Shown: positions 13,565-26,728, counted from the whole stretch's first letter. The stretch is 63,413 nucleotides of DNA, filler included, from Neolecta irregularis DAH-3 (GCA_001929475.1; 9 parts of 9 records of this genome joined end to end with filler, not necessarily neighbours in it), one strand, 5' to 3'. Notes: generated by a model not told the origin, from the sequence alone. Program-made: numbers and translations.

Positions 13565-16500
13565 CTAGAAACAAAGGAATCTAGACAAAATGGTCAGGGC
13601 AATTCACATATAGGAAAAGTCTCTTACCTGCCCTTTTTCTGCTTGGCCAATTCATTCATACGCTCTTCGAGGGCAGTTTTAGCAGCTTCGGCTTTCGCAC
13701 GTTGAATCTTTTCTTGTTCAAACATTTGCATACTGTGACGAGATTTAGCCGCTTCAGTTCGCGCATTTTCCAACTCTCGATTCATTTCAGAGAGTTGATC
13801 CTGAAGACGATTCTTCTCAACGCCCAGGTCTTTGCCATGGTTTTTAAGCTGTTTCATACCGCGTTCAGCTTCTTCAAGGGCAGATTCAAGTGTCCTCGTA
13901 AGCTGTTTCTCGGCGCTAAGTTGCTTTTTGAGGTCCACAATCTTATGCTCCTGCTCCTCCAGTTGACGTGAAGTATGAATATCTGATGCAGAAGCCGGAG
14001 GTGGCGTAGGACTTTGAGAACCGAAATACCCGGCATTGCTAGGTCGCCGACCACTCTGAATAGGAGGAGGTGTAGGCGGAGCGCTCGACGTCCCAGGTGC
14101 AGAACTTGGTAAAGGAGGCAGAGGCATAGAAGGAGGAGGTGATATTGCAGGAGTGGTTCCACGTCTGGTTCCTTGTGTTGAGAAGGATGGAGACCGCTAA
14201 AAGTTTAACAAGATATATTTCATTCAAATCTCTTACATGGCCAGGAGGCCGATTTTCCAACTCGACTAGCTTTTGCTCAAGAGACTTGATCATCTTGGCC
14301 TGCAAAGTCAGAATCAGGATGGTGAAGGATTACATGCCTGGTTTTGAATCATCTCGTCTACATCCGACTTTGTGGACCTCTTACGCATATCCAATTCTTT
14401 AGTAAGATCCTCGTTCATTTTCTCCAACTCCATGAGTTTTTCTCGAGCTTGCTGAACTTCTGTGATCAATCGAATATTATCTCGACGTAGATATTCAAGC
14501 GATGAATTGATTTCTGCGATTTTCTCATTCAATTCTTCCTTGTCATAGTTCAATCCTGCAATCTTTTCTTGACAGAGTTCAACCATTCCCAATTGTTCTT
14601 GGGCTTCACTCTTTCGAACATCGCGGTCGGCAGCAGTTTCGTCGACAAGACTTTTTAAATGCTCGATCTGTTGTAACTGATCACGAAGTATGTCTCCGTT
14701 TCTCCCAAGTTCGGCTCGAAGACTGGCGATTGTTGACTCTGAGTTTTGGGCATCAGAGGCAAGGGAAGCAAGAATAGAAGCATGTGATTCCTTCAATTCA
14801 GAAATAAGTCGACTATGATTTTGTTGGAGAAATTCAATCGATTCCTCAAGATTTTGGCGCTTTTGACCACCTTCTTCATTGGCTTTCAGTGCTTCGGATA
14901 GAGCAGCAGTAAGCTCCGAAATACTCTTTTGTAAATCCGCCATCTGTATTTCTGTTTCTTGTTGTTTCACTTTAACGCCGGATTGATGCACATCTTTGGC
15001 CGAAAGAGACTGCTCAAGATGTTGCGTATTCTTGATCAATTCAGCATGTTGAACTTCAAGATCGCGCAAAGTGGTTAGCGTACTACTAAGATCGATTTCC
15101 ATTTGACAGCGCTCTTTCAATGCTTCGCCCAACTTAGCCTCTAGTGTAGCAGTGGTCGAATTAAGTGCTTCTAACTGGGATTCGTAAGTTGTCTTCTGAG
15201 CTTCAAGTTCAGCTTGCTTCTCGTGGTTTTTCTTCAAGTGAAGAGCTTCCAACTCGTTGGTGGTATTCTGCACTTGAGCATTAACGGTATCGAGCTTCTC
15301 TTGCAACTGAGAAAGTTGCGAGAAATGATGAAATGTAAGAGTATTATCACTTATCGAGTCCATGATATCAGTTCGAGAGCTCATCGTTTGGCCAGCAGTC
15401 GAAGAAGCTCTACTTGTTGCTGATAAGGAGCGTTGATGACGACAAGATTGACTGCCAACGGGGACATCCAAATGTGGAACATGTCGATCTTCAGCTTCTA
15501 ATAACCGATTCGAGAGTGCGGAATTTTCATTATGCGCTTGTTGAAGTTGGGCAGTTAGCTCTTCGATACTGGTGTTCAGCTCGGCTTCGCGATGCATGGC
15601 CTCTTGAAAATTCTTCTGCAAATTCTCCAACTCAGAGTGCTTCTCCAGGAGACGATCCTCTAATGCATTCACGTTCACATCTGTAACGCTAAGACTAGCG
15701 GCTGACACACTTGGGATTAGAAAAGAAGTATCACAACATTCATACTTGGATCGTTCCTTCCGAAGACCAGCTATGATTCTAGATTTCTCGTTTATGTCGG
15801 ATCGCAAGCTTTGGATGTCCGATTCTTGATCCTCGATTTGTTCTTTTCTGGAAACTAACTCGGCCGACAAAGTTCCAAGATTGTGCTGAAACGCAGAAAC
15901 GGAATCTTCGTCTTCCACAGCTTCAAGATACTGTCTTTGCAAATAATCCAAAGCCCGTTGTATTTTATCTCCATTGCCCAGTAGAATTTGACTCGTTTTT
16001 CTTCGCACAGGCGTGTTCGACGCACCGGATTTCTTTGCTCGGTAAATCTCTCGTTGAAGTTCTTCAACCATGGCCTGCGCAGAATAATAATCATCGGCGA
16101 GTTTAGCGTGTTGCCGATGAAGTGCTTCAAGACCGAGGACTTTCTCTTGGTGTATAGCTTTGAGATCATCGAGTTCGATTTTTAATGTAGAAAGCTCCTT
16201 ATCAGAATCGATCTGATACTCCGTATTAGCCGTAGTAGGGGTGAACGGACTGAATGGACCGGGCTCCCCAGACTGAGAAATACCAGCCTGAGATAGCTCC
16301 TTTGGTGTAAGCTTGCTTTACAGTTTGAAAAAATACCAAGGAGAGCGATTGCGAGGATGACCGCTGTAGACTTGAATCTGCCATCCCCGCAGAAACTAAA
16401 AAAGTTTTTTTTGCTAGGGGAGAAACGTCTATATCATATTTCGACTCGTCTAGTTGATCTTGAAGTTCTGTAACTTCAGCTAATGTTGCCTTATACCTTG

Positions 16501-19229
16501 AAGACAATTGATCGAGTTCATTTGCAGTTGCCTTGTGGATGATTCGAAGCTCCGAAAGCTCGCGAAGAAGTTGAGCATTTTGAAGCGTGAGTTTCGAGGT
16601 TTCAGCAGTTACATGGACGGCTTCGATATCATGAGCAGTCTCGTTTTCTGATTCTTCAACTTCGAAATTGCTTTCGTCATATTGAGATTGTGGCGACTCA
16701 GGCACAATTTCAATGGCATTAGTAGATTCAGGCTCAAAGGTAACGACCGACTCTCTACCTGCAGAGGAGAGAGCACGCTCTATGCTTTTGGGAGATTCGG
16801 CAATTTTGCCATTTGTCAAGACCATTTGCGAATCCTGTTGGATTTCGCCAAGTTCATGAAGCAGGCTGTCAAGTTTTCCAAGGCCTCGCTGTCGTTCTAT
16901 CAACTTTTCGAGTCGATCAACTTCATTTTGAAGGTAATCTAAATCGTAACCTTGCTCTGCTAGACGCTCTTCCAATGACATGATGTATGCTTCGCCGTTG
17001 CTATGTTCAGAGCGAAGCCGTGAGATTTCTCTCCGCAATTCGGAAATGATTTCACTTTGTCGTTCTTCGCCGTTGACATGCCCGCCTAATCGACCCTCCA
17101 GGTCTTGAAGGTAAGCTTCAGTTGTTTGTTCACGGTCTTGTAATTTTGCGATTCTAGCATGAAGATTTGCATTCAAACTTTCAATAGATGCCAATTTACT
17201 CTCCTTTTCTAGCAAGATACTTTCAGTCGAGCATAACGTAGCTCGAGTGCTCGACAAAGTAGACTCTAGAGTCTGAATGGTCTTCTCATATTCTAACAAG
17301 TAAGGAAACGGTTGAAGATGTAAAAACAAACCCAAGATGACCTGTTCAACAGCCTCTGCAAAAGAGGTTGACCGTTGAATGCGATTCATAACAGATTCAA
17401 CATCTTCCCTGTCTTGAAGTGGCGAAGCCTGAACACTTTCAGGCTGATGTTTAGAGAGATCGGAGATAAGCTTGGCATGACGATTACCAAGGGCTGCATA
17501 GTTCTCTTGTAGGTCTAAGAGCTGACTTTGTAGCTCAATTTCTCTTTCGCTATTGCGCTCTAAGCGGACGCAATCATTCAAATTTGACTGGCGAGCTACT
17601 TTTCGTAAGGCTGAAATTTCCGCTCGAAGCTTTTCGATAACATCTCGGAGATCGGCTTCTTCTACGAGTTCCTGAATTTGTGGCTTTAACTGAATAGCTC
17701 GAGCACGTTGCGCATACTACACATAAGCAAAATTAAGCTAAATGCGTACTTGGACGGTATTTAAAGTCTCACTTGAATGATATTCTGCAGGATTGATACA
17801 AGCAATCATGTATGTAATTGCGTTTCCTCCAAGTGAATCCTGAAGCAGCCTTGTGAGCTTTGAGTCACGATAAGAGATATGAGTCTGGTTTCTGGAGGAC
17901 AACTGAGAGATAACTTTTCCAAGTGCTGCAAGCCCGGCATTAATCGAGATTCCTTCTTTTGCTCTTTCGCCAATAGCCCCTGTATTTTTCAAACGTTCGC
18001 TACCTGCAAGATCAACGAAATGCAACTTGCTGGTCACCGTTGATAATATTTCGACATCAGCATCTGGACCACGCTTTTCGCCAACTGAATTCCGGCGAGA
18101 AGGCTTAGGACGGCGATGTACAAGGTTAACACTGAAGACTGCATGTGAACGAGATGACTGAGCATTGATATTGGTTGCATCGGTTTGGCGTATTTGAGAA
18201 CCCAGATCCAATGCACTATGGTGTCAGTCCAAAGCAAGCAAAATATCAAGTACCTCAGAAGATCATCTACGTTGCGAACTTGGATTTCACGCAACCCAGA
18301 TAGAAAAATGTTCCCTTTTGTATCTTCGCGAATCGCGGCGTTTGTCCGTTCACCTTCATCGGCCAGAAGATCACGGAGTTGTTCATTGTAAATATAGTAC
18401 GTCAGAAGCAGCAGAGAAAAGGAGGTCATACTTCTACATATGTTGCTTTCATGATCCATTCATTCTGATCGCAGAGAATGGATCGAGTTGGTGTATTGGG
18501 TGATCCAGGTCGTGAGCTATTGCGGTTGTTTTGAGAAGAAACACGATTATGTGCTTTAAATGAGGATAAAGGTACGGATGGTATCGTGCGAGCGCCCTTG
18601 GGATCGAGTTTAGTGAATATAATGTCGGCACATCGTGGTATAAGCCCTTCAGATTAGCTCAGCGAAGATAAACCTTGACCTCTCAATTCAGGATCTGATT
18701 TTCCAGCGGTACCCATGGTAAATGACTTTCCAGCACCAGATTGGCCATATGCCAGTATTGACACATTGTAACCCTGGAGGAAGGCCTCGACGCTGTCTAA
18801 CACCCAGTCCATGACACCGACCTGATCAATATCTGCCCCAAAGACTCGGTCAAATATAAAAGTCTTTTTAGACTGTGGTGTGTCAATAGATAAACTCTTA
18901 GCATTGAGGACATTGACTGCAATTGTTGGTACAGGATTTCAACGGCATTGTACCAACAGGTTTCTGAAAACGCTGAGGTATCAGCTCGTAACCAGGCATC
19001 CCTGGCTCCAAAGGGGGTCGAACTCTGATTGCTACACAGCATTAGCACATTGCAGATTGCGTAAAAGAGCGGGAATGATGTATAGACATGACATACCCAC
19101 TTTCACGGCAGTCTTCCCGTCATCTCCAGAGATGTTTGAGCTCCTGCTCATGCGGGAGGCACTCCGGGGAGTAGAAGCCTGCTTTACCCCATACCCGAAT
19201 GACCCGGTAACAGGAGAGGAAGGTGCCAT
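13565..19229 (-). CDS. Kinesin (kinesin-4/KIF21-like) with long coiled-coil tail, multi-exon
   Basis: P-loop GQSGAGKS, NAQSSRSHAVF, HFVDLAGSERLKNT, YRDSKLTRLLQDSLGG; extended heptads; last intron gives C-terminus KKGRFLCF*. Confidence 0.93.
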
Positions 19230-19612
19230 CGATGGCGGAATGATGGCGATATAGACAGATTAAGACGCAATGTGGATTAAGGCAGTAGAGTCGGAATGGT
19301 TCAGCAGCTCAAGGAGGGTAGCTGGGGAATAAAGGCGGAGGCGGCAGTTTCTGGCCGGATTATGCTGAAAAACATCTAAGCAGAGTTCAGGGGTCGGCGC
19401 ACTAGCGTCGAGTAGTAGACGAATGAAGGAAAGCCGCTTTGACCCCCGAATAATTCTACTCGTATTGGGTAAGGTCGAGTGTGTTCATACTAAAGCACCA
19501 GATATTGTGGACGTCTGCAATTGAAACTATATAATAATACGTAGGGAAAGAACCCGCCTAATTTGGGCTGCACATATTATAAAGCTTGCAACTATTCCGA
19601 CATGTTCGGTCC

Positions 19613-22058
19613 TTAAAAATTCTCTTTTCCTTGAGGGATCAGCCTTGCCTGGCTAGGGGAACAAACGGTAAAAGAAAGAGGTACCACCATTTCTAGGTTG
19701 GCTCCATGCGTTTGCCATCCCATGCAAAGTACTGCCGAGATCTCTAGGACCACAATAGAATACCCCAACATCCTAAAACTCAGTTTTGGCTCTCCAAAGG
19801 GATGAACAGTCGCAGGATTAAGGGTACAAATCGACCTGAATATTCTAATCTGGTTATTGTGGATAAATGACAAGCTTCAACCTGTCCCAGTCTGGCCTGC
19901 CATAATTTGTGGGCGATTTGAGCCCTGTAATAGGATCCCGCTCGGTTTCAGCATCGTTGAGCATGATGTTTGTGGCATCATCAGGCCTTACCGTCGTTGT
20001 AAAGTACTATTCCTCAATGAGAGATGAAACCGGGTGTTGTACAGTGTGAATCTCAATCAGATGTGAGATATCTGTATTGTAAATAATGCCACTCCCCACG
20101 CAATTGAACATACCTTGAGTTTCGATTGCCATAAGCAAAGATCTAAACCATTCAAATGACTCAAAATCCCGGCAAATCCACTGGAGGATGAGCCCATTGA
20201 AACTTTTCAACGGACATACGAAGAAGTAGACTTTGGAAAGCCTCACTTTGCGATATTTTGTTGCGTTATTGATACGATACGTAATCAAATTAGAATTTCC
20301 AAGCACAAAGGTACTTATCAGATACTCTTCAAGATACTGGCGAAAGGGGTTCTATTTTCACGTGAGCCTCGTAATTTTGAGTTGAGGGACGCCTGACACC
20401 CCAATGCCTGCTCCTACCAGTAACGCCACTTCATATTTGAAGACATCTTCAGAAGATGATCTAGAAATTAGGTCAGAGAATGCGAACTTGTATACCCAAA
20501 GGGCCCATCTATCATAATTCGAGGGAGGACACGCTGAAAAGCCGAACCCAAGTCTTTCTCATCGTTATCGATTCCGACGACCAGTGACTTGTGCCTGTCC
20601 TTGACATCTATCCTGTCAAAATCACAACCGATTTTTCGTGCAAGAGCATTTGTGAAGTCGCCTTGTATTAGTCTTTTGCATAGTCTTGATCGAATACCAA
20701 TGCATCGGACATGAATAGATATATACCCTTCATCGGATGCGGAAGTCAGTGTGAAAGGATGGTACTGCCAAAGAGAAATTTCAGGACAACAAAGGAATAC
20801 GTATTGTCCAGCCTTTGGCGAGCAGTTTTCTTTTCGAATCTGTATCTCGCAAACATTGCTGGGATGTTGAATCACTTTGCTGCAAACTGAGCGTTTGCAT
20901 CAGGTGCGTTCATACCTGATATACGTTCTGTGACTGCCCCGTATTTCTCGGTAAAGCCGTTCTCCGATATACATAAATCCTCCCACAAGCCAGTATTTCC
21001 AAAAGGCACCAGTACCTGCACAAAATGGGGGTCTAGAAGGTTTTAACATACAAAAAGCTTCGTTAGTTTAAATTTCCAAGAGAAGACATACTTCCGTGGA
21101 GAGACCACCCAAAGAAGAACACAAAGAACAGATGGTGTGTATACCAAAATCGTTCATAGTTTGCTGCTTTGGGCTTCTTCATTGCGGTGAATACCATTGC
21201 ATTCAAAGCGATTAGCATAACATATCCCGTTACACCGGGTCCTGTTGCAAAGTTTGCAAGAAAACTACATGTTGGAGTTTGTAATGGAGATGTGTATTAC
21301 AAGCCCTTCACTCCGAGATTGTGTGCAGCAGAAAGACGGGCCAGATTATTCCAATGGCCTATAATTGAGATTTTCAAGTATTACAAATGGTCGTACAAAC
21401 AGTATGTAGCCACGAGAAGAAGTAAATAGACCAACCGATAAATGTATGGAACTGTATATTTTTGTCGAAAGGAATTATTCCCTAGAGATCAGCAACGACT
21501 TTACCCACACACCTTGCATTGAGCGGTGTTTGTCGTAGAGTCGACATGAAATTCCGACAAATGGCTAAATCTGTCAGACCCGACGTTCACCAGCATAATT
21601 TACGCAAGAGAATGAAAGCAAGATCTACATGCAAAACCATTGCAGATGAACGAGCGATGGGGAATGTCTCGCCATACATCTTCATGGACTGCTTGTAGCT
21701 ATCCTAAAAGTAAAAAGCTTATATTGTGCCCATCTTACTTTCAAGCGATATCGAAGATATCCCAATGTAAAGACCAAAACATGAAGGACAACCAAAAGCC
21801 CTACGAATCTTTTGTCAGTCTGTTTCTGATATCAACCAAGTATACATTTTGAAGGAGCCTTCCGAATCAGTAGGGATCTTGAAGCTTGAATAAACCTTCA
21901 TTGACCATCCATCTATAAATTTTCTGTCTGAGCGTCATTTCTGGTACATGTTGTTCATGGCCAGGTGCTTGCATGGTAGTATGAAGCAGCGTATTTCGCA
22001 AAGACCCAGTGGATAATTCGGAACCCATTTTTTGACTGCCAAAATAAGGGGAAAACAT
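19613..22058 (-). CDS. noxB: NADPH oxidase, NoxB/Nox2 type, intron-rich
   Basis: WMVNEG, FWYTHHLF, IQHPSNVCEIQIRKE, QYHPFTLTS, DGPFG, WICRDFESFEWFRSLL, DDATNIMLNDA..ITGLKSPTNYGRPDW and terminal KENF; N-terminal extension and motifs fit NoxB better than NoxA. Confidence 0.88.
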
Positions 22059-22384
22059 TTCAGAGCCAGCTGAAAAGGTAACACGAGTAAAGTAAGTTGA
22101 TACAGATATAGAGGACTAATCTTTTTGATTGTCCAACATGTGTTCTGGCTTTGGGTACTTATATTGACACCCACGCAGAATTGTGAAACGTTGATAATTA
22201 CCTAGTTGAAACTCTTTTTGAATCACTATATGACAAGTACATTTGGAACGATCACCGCCAAGTGGAACACTTGCAACACTAAATCTAATTCATAGTTGAG
22301 GATATATAAAGAAAGAACTTTTGGGCAAATCTTGAATTTCCTAGTTACAACAGTACTTACTATACATAACTCCTTAAAATATTG

Positions 22385-22500
22385 CAATGTTCCTGCGCGA
22401 TAACTTTGCTTAATCCTTGTCCTGCAGTCAAGGTACACAATTATGTATACCCCTTTTCCATGTCATGCGTGTGAGGTATACCAAACCGTATACCCTTACA
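22385..22500 (+). repeat. Dispersed about 115-bp repeat with GGTATACC palindromes (inverted copy at 40705-40820)
   Basis: Direct alignment by eye to the reverse complement of 40705-40820. Confidence 0.8.
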
Positions 22501-23012
22501 AGTACTGTCACTACTTGGAAATTGCTATTCGAAAATGCATTCTGTAGAGAAGAATTCTTTCCAATGGATAAGACATGTTTTCGCTATTAGCAATGGCATT
22601 GCAACAAGGATCTCAAGATGTGGGCATACAGTTCGCCAGCACTCTGTTTCCTAAATGGAGTTTGAAAGAATCGAATTTCTATAGAAAATCTCAGGCATTG
22701 GAACAGAAGTCCCAGTTGTCGAGTCTCTGTGATGGAAAGTAAAGTGTCTTGATGGTAATCGCTGCTCTACTAATCGGTACTTGGCGATGAACATACTCGA
22801 TTCGAGCGACTCTAAGAAGGGCCGATAAAAAGAATCTCGGAAGGAGGACCCAGGTTTATCGCATAGTATAGCGCTTACTGTACCAATTAGCAATCATCAA
22901 GCGTTACCGTGGGATATTCGGAAGACTGTGCCATGGAACCCCTCGCACATGAGATTTGGGTGTCCCATGCTGCCATTTTGTGTCGTGAAGAGTTATAGAT
23001 GACATTTGGGAA

Positions 23013-23549
23013 ATAGTCAATAATCATTAAACTGAAAATACATTGAATTACAATATTGTCTGTTGAACTACATTCTTTACGTGTGGCGTTAGCTTTGAGT
23101 AATGATTTCAACCAGAGGCTATCGAGAAGTGGTCATCCATTTTGATTTGAGCGACTAGAACGTCAGATGACTTTAAATCCTAACTTCATACTCATATATT
23201 GCCCGTGCCTCACACGGGACCTTGATCTCATCATCCCATCGCGTTACTGGGATTTCAGAACTTGCTGGAAATTGAAACATGTAGCAGTCGAGTCTGTCAT
23301 TTATATTTGCCAAAAGGAAAGAAGTGCAGCGAATATTGCTCTGGACGCAATGTGCAGCACAAATTTCTTCTGGGTACCAAGCTCGCGCCACATCCTTTCT
23401 GGGTATCGTCCTCGTTGAAAGTGGGCTCAAGGCATTGCAGTCTAGACTGCCTGCGTGTATGTCAAGACGATGTCAAGACGATGGAACTCCCTGAGATCAG
23501 CAAAGGAAAGCTTCCCGCACAAGGCGATGAAAAACAAAATCGACAACAT
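23013..23549 (-). pseudogene. Pseudogene of the secreted PAN/Apple-like family
   Basis: MLSILFFIALCGKLSFA signal; 11-bp tandem duplication (23460-23481) causes a frameshift; ICAAHC..CTSFLL..CYMF; family intron 23155-23191; in-frame TGA at 23133-23135. Confidence 0.8.
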
Positions 23550-23614
23550 GGTTTAGGATTAGTTGGATATCTTTTCGGGCGGTTGCATCATGGTTAAATA
23601 GTTTTTTAAAATAC

Positions 23615-23925
23615 GGAAAGAGCAAATGGCTGACTCTTCAACACAAATGCGTCTAAATTTGGGCAAGTGGTTTGAATATTTCAATTGAGGCTGAATCTTA
23701 ATAGGAATGTCCTGGATCCGGAAAGTTGTGCCGACAAAAAGAGTAAATGGCTGACTCTCAACACAAATGCGTCTAAATTGGGCACGTGGTTTGAATATTT
23801 CATTCGAGGCTGAATCTTACTAGGAAATGTCCTGGATCCCCGGAAGTGGTTGAAAAGAGCAAATGGCTGACTATTTCAACACAAATGTGTCTAAATCTGG
23901 GCACGTGGTTTGGATCGATTCAATG
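23615..23925 (+). repeat. Three tandem about 120-bp units starting GAG(C/T)AAATGGCTGAC, upstream of the PAN-family pseudogene
   Basis: Units with ATG at 23626, 23747 and 23863; homologous units at 35719, 35832 and 62891. Confidence 0.85.
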
Positions 23926-24052
23926 ACCACGAAGGCTCCCAACCGGCAATTAGTAGCCAGCCAAGTGCATCGGAACACTGAATTACGCCTGTGGAATAGA
24001 TAGTATCTCAATGTCTAGTACTTTGGCATTAAGTCTATGAATAGCTTCACAC

Positions 24053-24096
24053 GAGCCCATGGGCCGGGCTTTGGCCCTGGCCCATCCGCAACACTG
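24053..24096 (-). mobile_element. Putative DNA-transposon/MITE terminus (CAGTGTTG..GAYGGGCC with GGCCC subterminal motifs)
   Basis: Same terminus at 35177-35250 (+) and 58492-58548 (-). Confidence 0.55.
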
Positions 24097-24694
24097 ATCT
24101 TTTTCTCTGATTGGACGACTGGAGAATGGCCTTTGTAAAACTGAGGTCTTTTTTTAAGACTACATGGTTGCTTTCTTTCCCTATCTTAGCTTGAAGATTA
24201 TATTGAGCCTGTTTATCCAGACACTACTGGGTAAACAGGTCAGCGCAACGTGCCACAGCCCACCAAACAGTATCCAGGTAGTATCAACTTGAAGATTCGA
24301 CTTGTAGATTAAAACTAACCAGTTTAGTGAGGCGAGAAAGAGCGGTTCTTTTTTATAAGCGCGGTGCTTGTAGGAGAAAACAGGGTCCTATTATCAAATT
24401 AGCTGATCTTTTGATGGCCTAAATCGTTAGCATAGACCTAGAACATCCCAAGAGGCGAACTTGATCACCAGCATGAAAAGTTCATGTGCACGCTTATCAT
24501 TTCCTTGTTCAAAAACACATTCTAGTAAATTTCGTCTAAAAATGTCAACAGACTTCTGAAAACCTCTATCCCAAAAAACAACATTTGTCTTCGAAAAATG
24601 ATCGAAATAGAATAGCGGTAATCCTTTGAAACCCAGTATTTCTTCAATTTTTGATTACTAAGCACTAGTAAAGTAAACAATAAATTACTTGAGA

Positions 24695-25931
24695 ATGAAC
24701 CTCATTTCTCCATCCCGCTCCATAATGAAAATTATCATACCAAAAAAACACGGAGATTTCAAGGAGGTTTGTGTGCCTATTTTTTCTGGGTGTTGGTTGA
24801 CCAGGGACAGATTGAATCTAAGCGAGATGTATTTCCAAAGAAGGAATGGAAGGTTACGCAATCTCTGTGTCCCGGGTGGAAAGCAGGGAGTGGAGCGAGC
24901 GACGATGAATGGAAGGGAAAGAAAATGATTGGAATTGATCCCTATGGAACAGGTAGAAATGTAGGAGACAATTACAAGGCAAGTATCCACCCACAATTCA
25001 TCTCCACATTATTATTAAAAGAATGAATAGCTTTTAATCAGTGGGATTGTTCCTCGTCCCATTGGGTAAATTTAAACGCGAGGTACCCGATCTGATAAAT
25101 TACAGATTCGTCAGTTCGGTTTCTAAAGATGGGATTAGAAATTTGGCACCGGTTCGAGAATATATGTTCCATTATATTTAACGGGGGCTAGTTTTCGTAT
25201 ACGAATTTATGCGGTCATGATGTATGACTGGATCCGTTTTCAAAGGCTAATGTGAATAGCCTCCTATTTTCACGATTGGGTTTTCACTGGCAGGAGGGAA
25301 ATTCAAGGATACAATGCAAAATATTGTCGACACGGGAGAATGCGTGATTAATATAATTTCGGAATGGTTTGCCGAAGCCGCGAATTATACTTCGATAGAT
25401 GCACCGGCTGATGTTGATGAATGGACATTGAGTGGATTGACGCCTGTTGAGAGTACAAAAGTCAAGCCTCCTCGAGTCGGGGAATCTGCCTTTGTAGTTG
25501 AGGGAAAATTAGTGAATCATCAGATTTTCAAGAGTTTGGTTACGGGCAAGGATAGTTCTGGATTGGTTGTTGTTCAAGGTTTGTCAATGTGAATTGGGTA
25601 TGCTGAATGAAGGGATACAAATGCATGTAAGAGAAGATGGTATGATGACTGTTGCAGCTCGGGTTACTAATTATAGTGGTGAATGAAGAGTTGAATTTGA
25701 TTGATTTGGCGTTATTGAAACCGATTTCGAGGCTGGGTGGAATTATGTATGGCAGGGTACTGGCTCGTAATGGGCGGTTATAACAAGTAGGTATCGGAAG
25801 GATTTGAGTTGCAACGTCCAGTTTTCGAAGAGGAGAGAAAAAAGGAGGATGATATCAAAAGGGCGATATTCCAAATTGAACACGGGGAGCTCCGAAAACA
25901 ACATGAAGCAAGAAGGGGGTATGTAGGATAA
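24695..25931 (+). CDS. Flavin reductase-like FMN-binding protein (DIM6/NTAB family), multi-exon
   Basis: Spliced NYK|LLISGIVPRPIG, NLAPFSY, KDTMQNIVDTGECVINIISEWFAEAAN, KPPRVGESAF, LKPISRLGG; start uncertain. Confidence 0.88.
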
Positions 25932-26063
25932 GACGAAATATGAATAGGGATAACTTGTATATCTATAAAATCCCGAGATGCAGAAAATAAAATGGTTTTC
26001 TAAACAAATGAATTTTCCAGATGCAAAGAGAAAAGATGGATGTAAAGGAAGACGGAAAGAAAT

Positions 26064-26728
26064 TCAGGATGCTAGTGACTCTGGGGGATGAGATTCACGG
26101 GATCGCCGGTTTGCGGGGGAGGTATGGCGATGTGGAGATGCTGCGCCGCCGCAATGAGGACATATGCAGGGAGAGTCTGTCTGAACTTGCTGGTTGTGCA
26201 TGTTTGGGTTTAGAGTGTCGTCGGTTATGTGAGGGGGCGAAGCTGAGTGGGAAGGGGGGTTGTGGTTTCTACTGGGGGCCTTTTTCTTTCCTCGCTGTCT
26301 GGCTTTTTCCAACAGTCTTTGTCGTTCGGCGATGATTCTGCGTTCGCGACGCTCCCTTCTGTCGTAGCTTGCGATCAGAGCCTTTGGGAGGGTTCCAAAG
26401 ATGTCCTTGTACTCGCAAAACTGGCAGACCCAGACCTGGCAGTCTTGATTCTGTTTCCTGCGATCGATCCTGCGGCGACGGCGGCGAGCGGCGACGGCGG
26501 CAGAGTCGTGGGGTCTTGGGCGGGGGGATGTCTGTGTGGCGACGGAGGCGTAGAGGGTTGCGAGATCTGGGGAGGAGGCATAGAGCAGGTTCTTTGAGCA
26601 GGGCGACTCGCAGACGAAATCAAAGGCGCTGATGGGCGGTGCGATGGCGCTCGAGGCGACCTTGGCGGGCGGCGGGCGGGCGCGGAGAGGCAGCGCGGGT
26701 CTGCGGGCGGGTCTGGCCGGGCGGGGCG
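26064..26728 (-). CDS. Conserved fungal protein with W.C.FCEY..IFG motif (IBD2-like), 5' truncated by gap
   Basis: Open frame WVCQFCEYKDIFGTLPKALIASYDRRERRERRIIAERQRLLEKAR; family call from memory. Confidence 0.55.
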
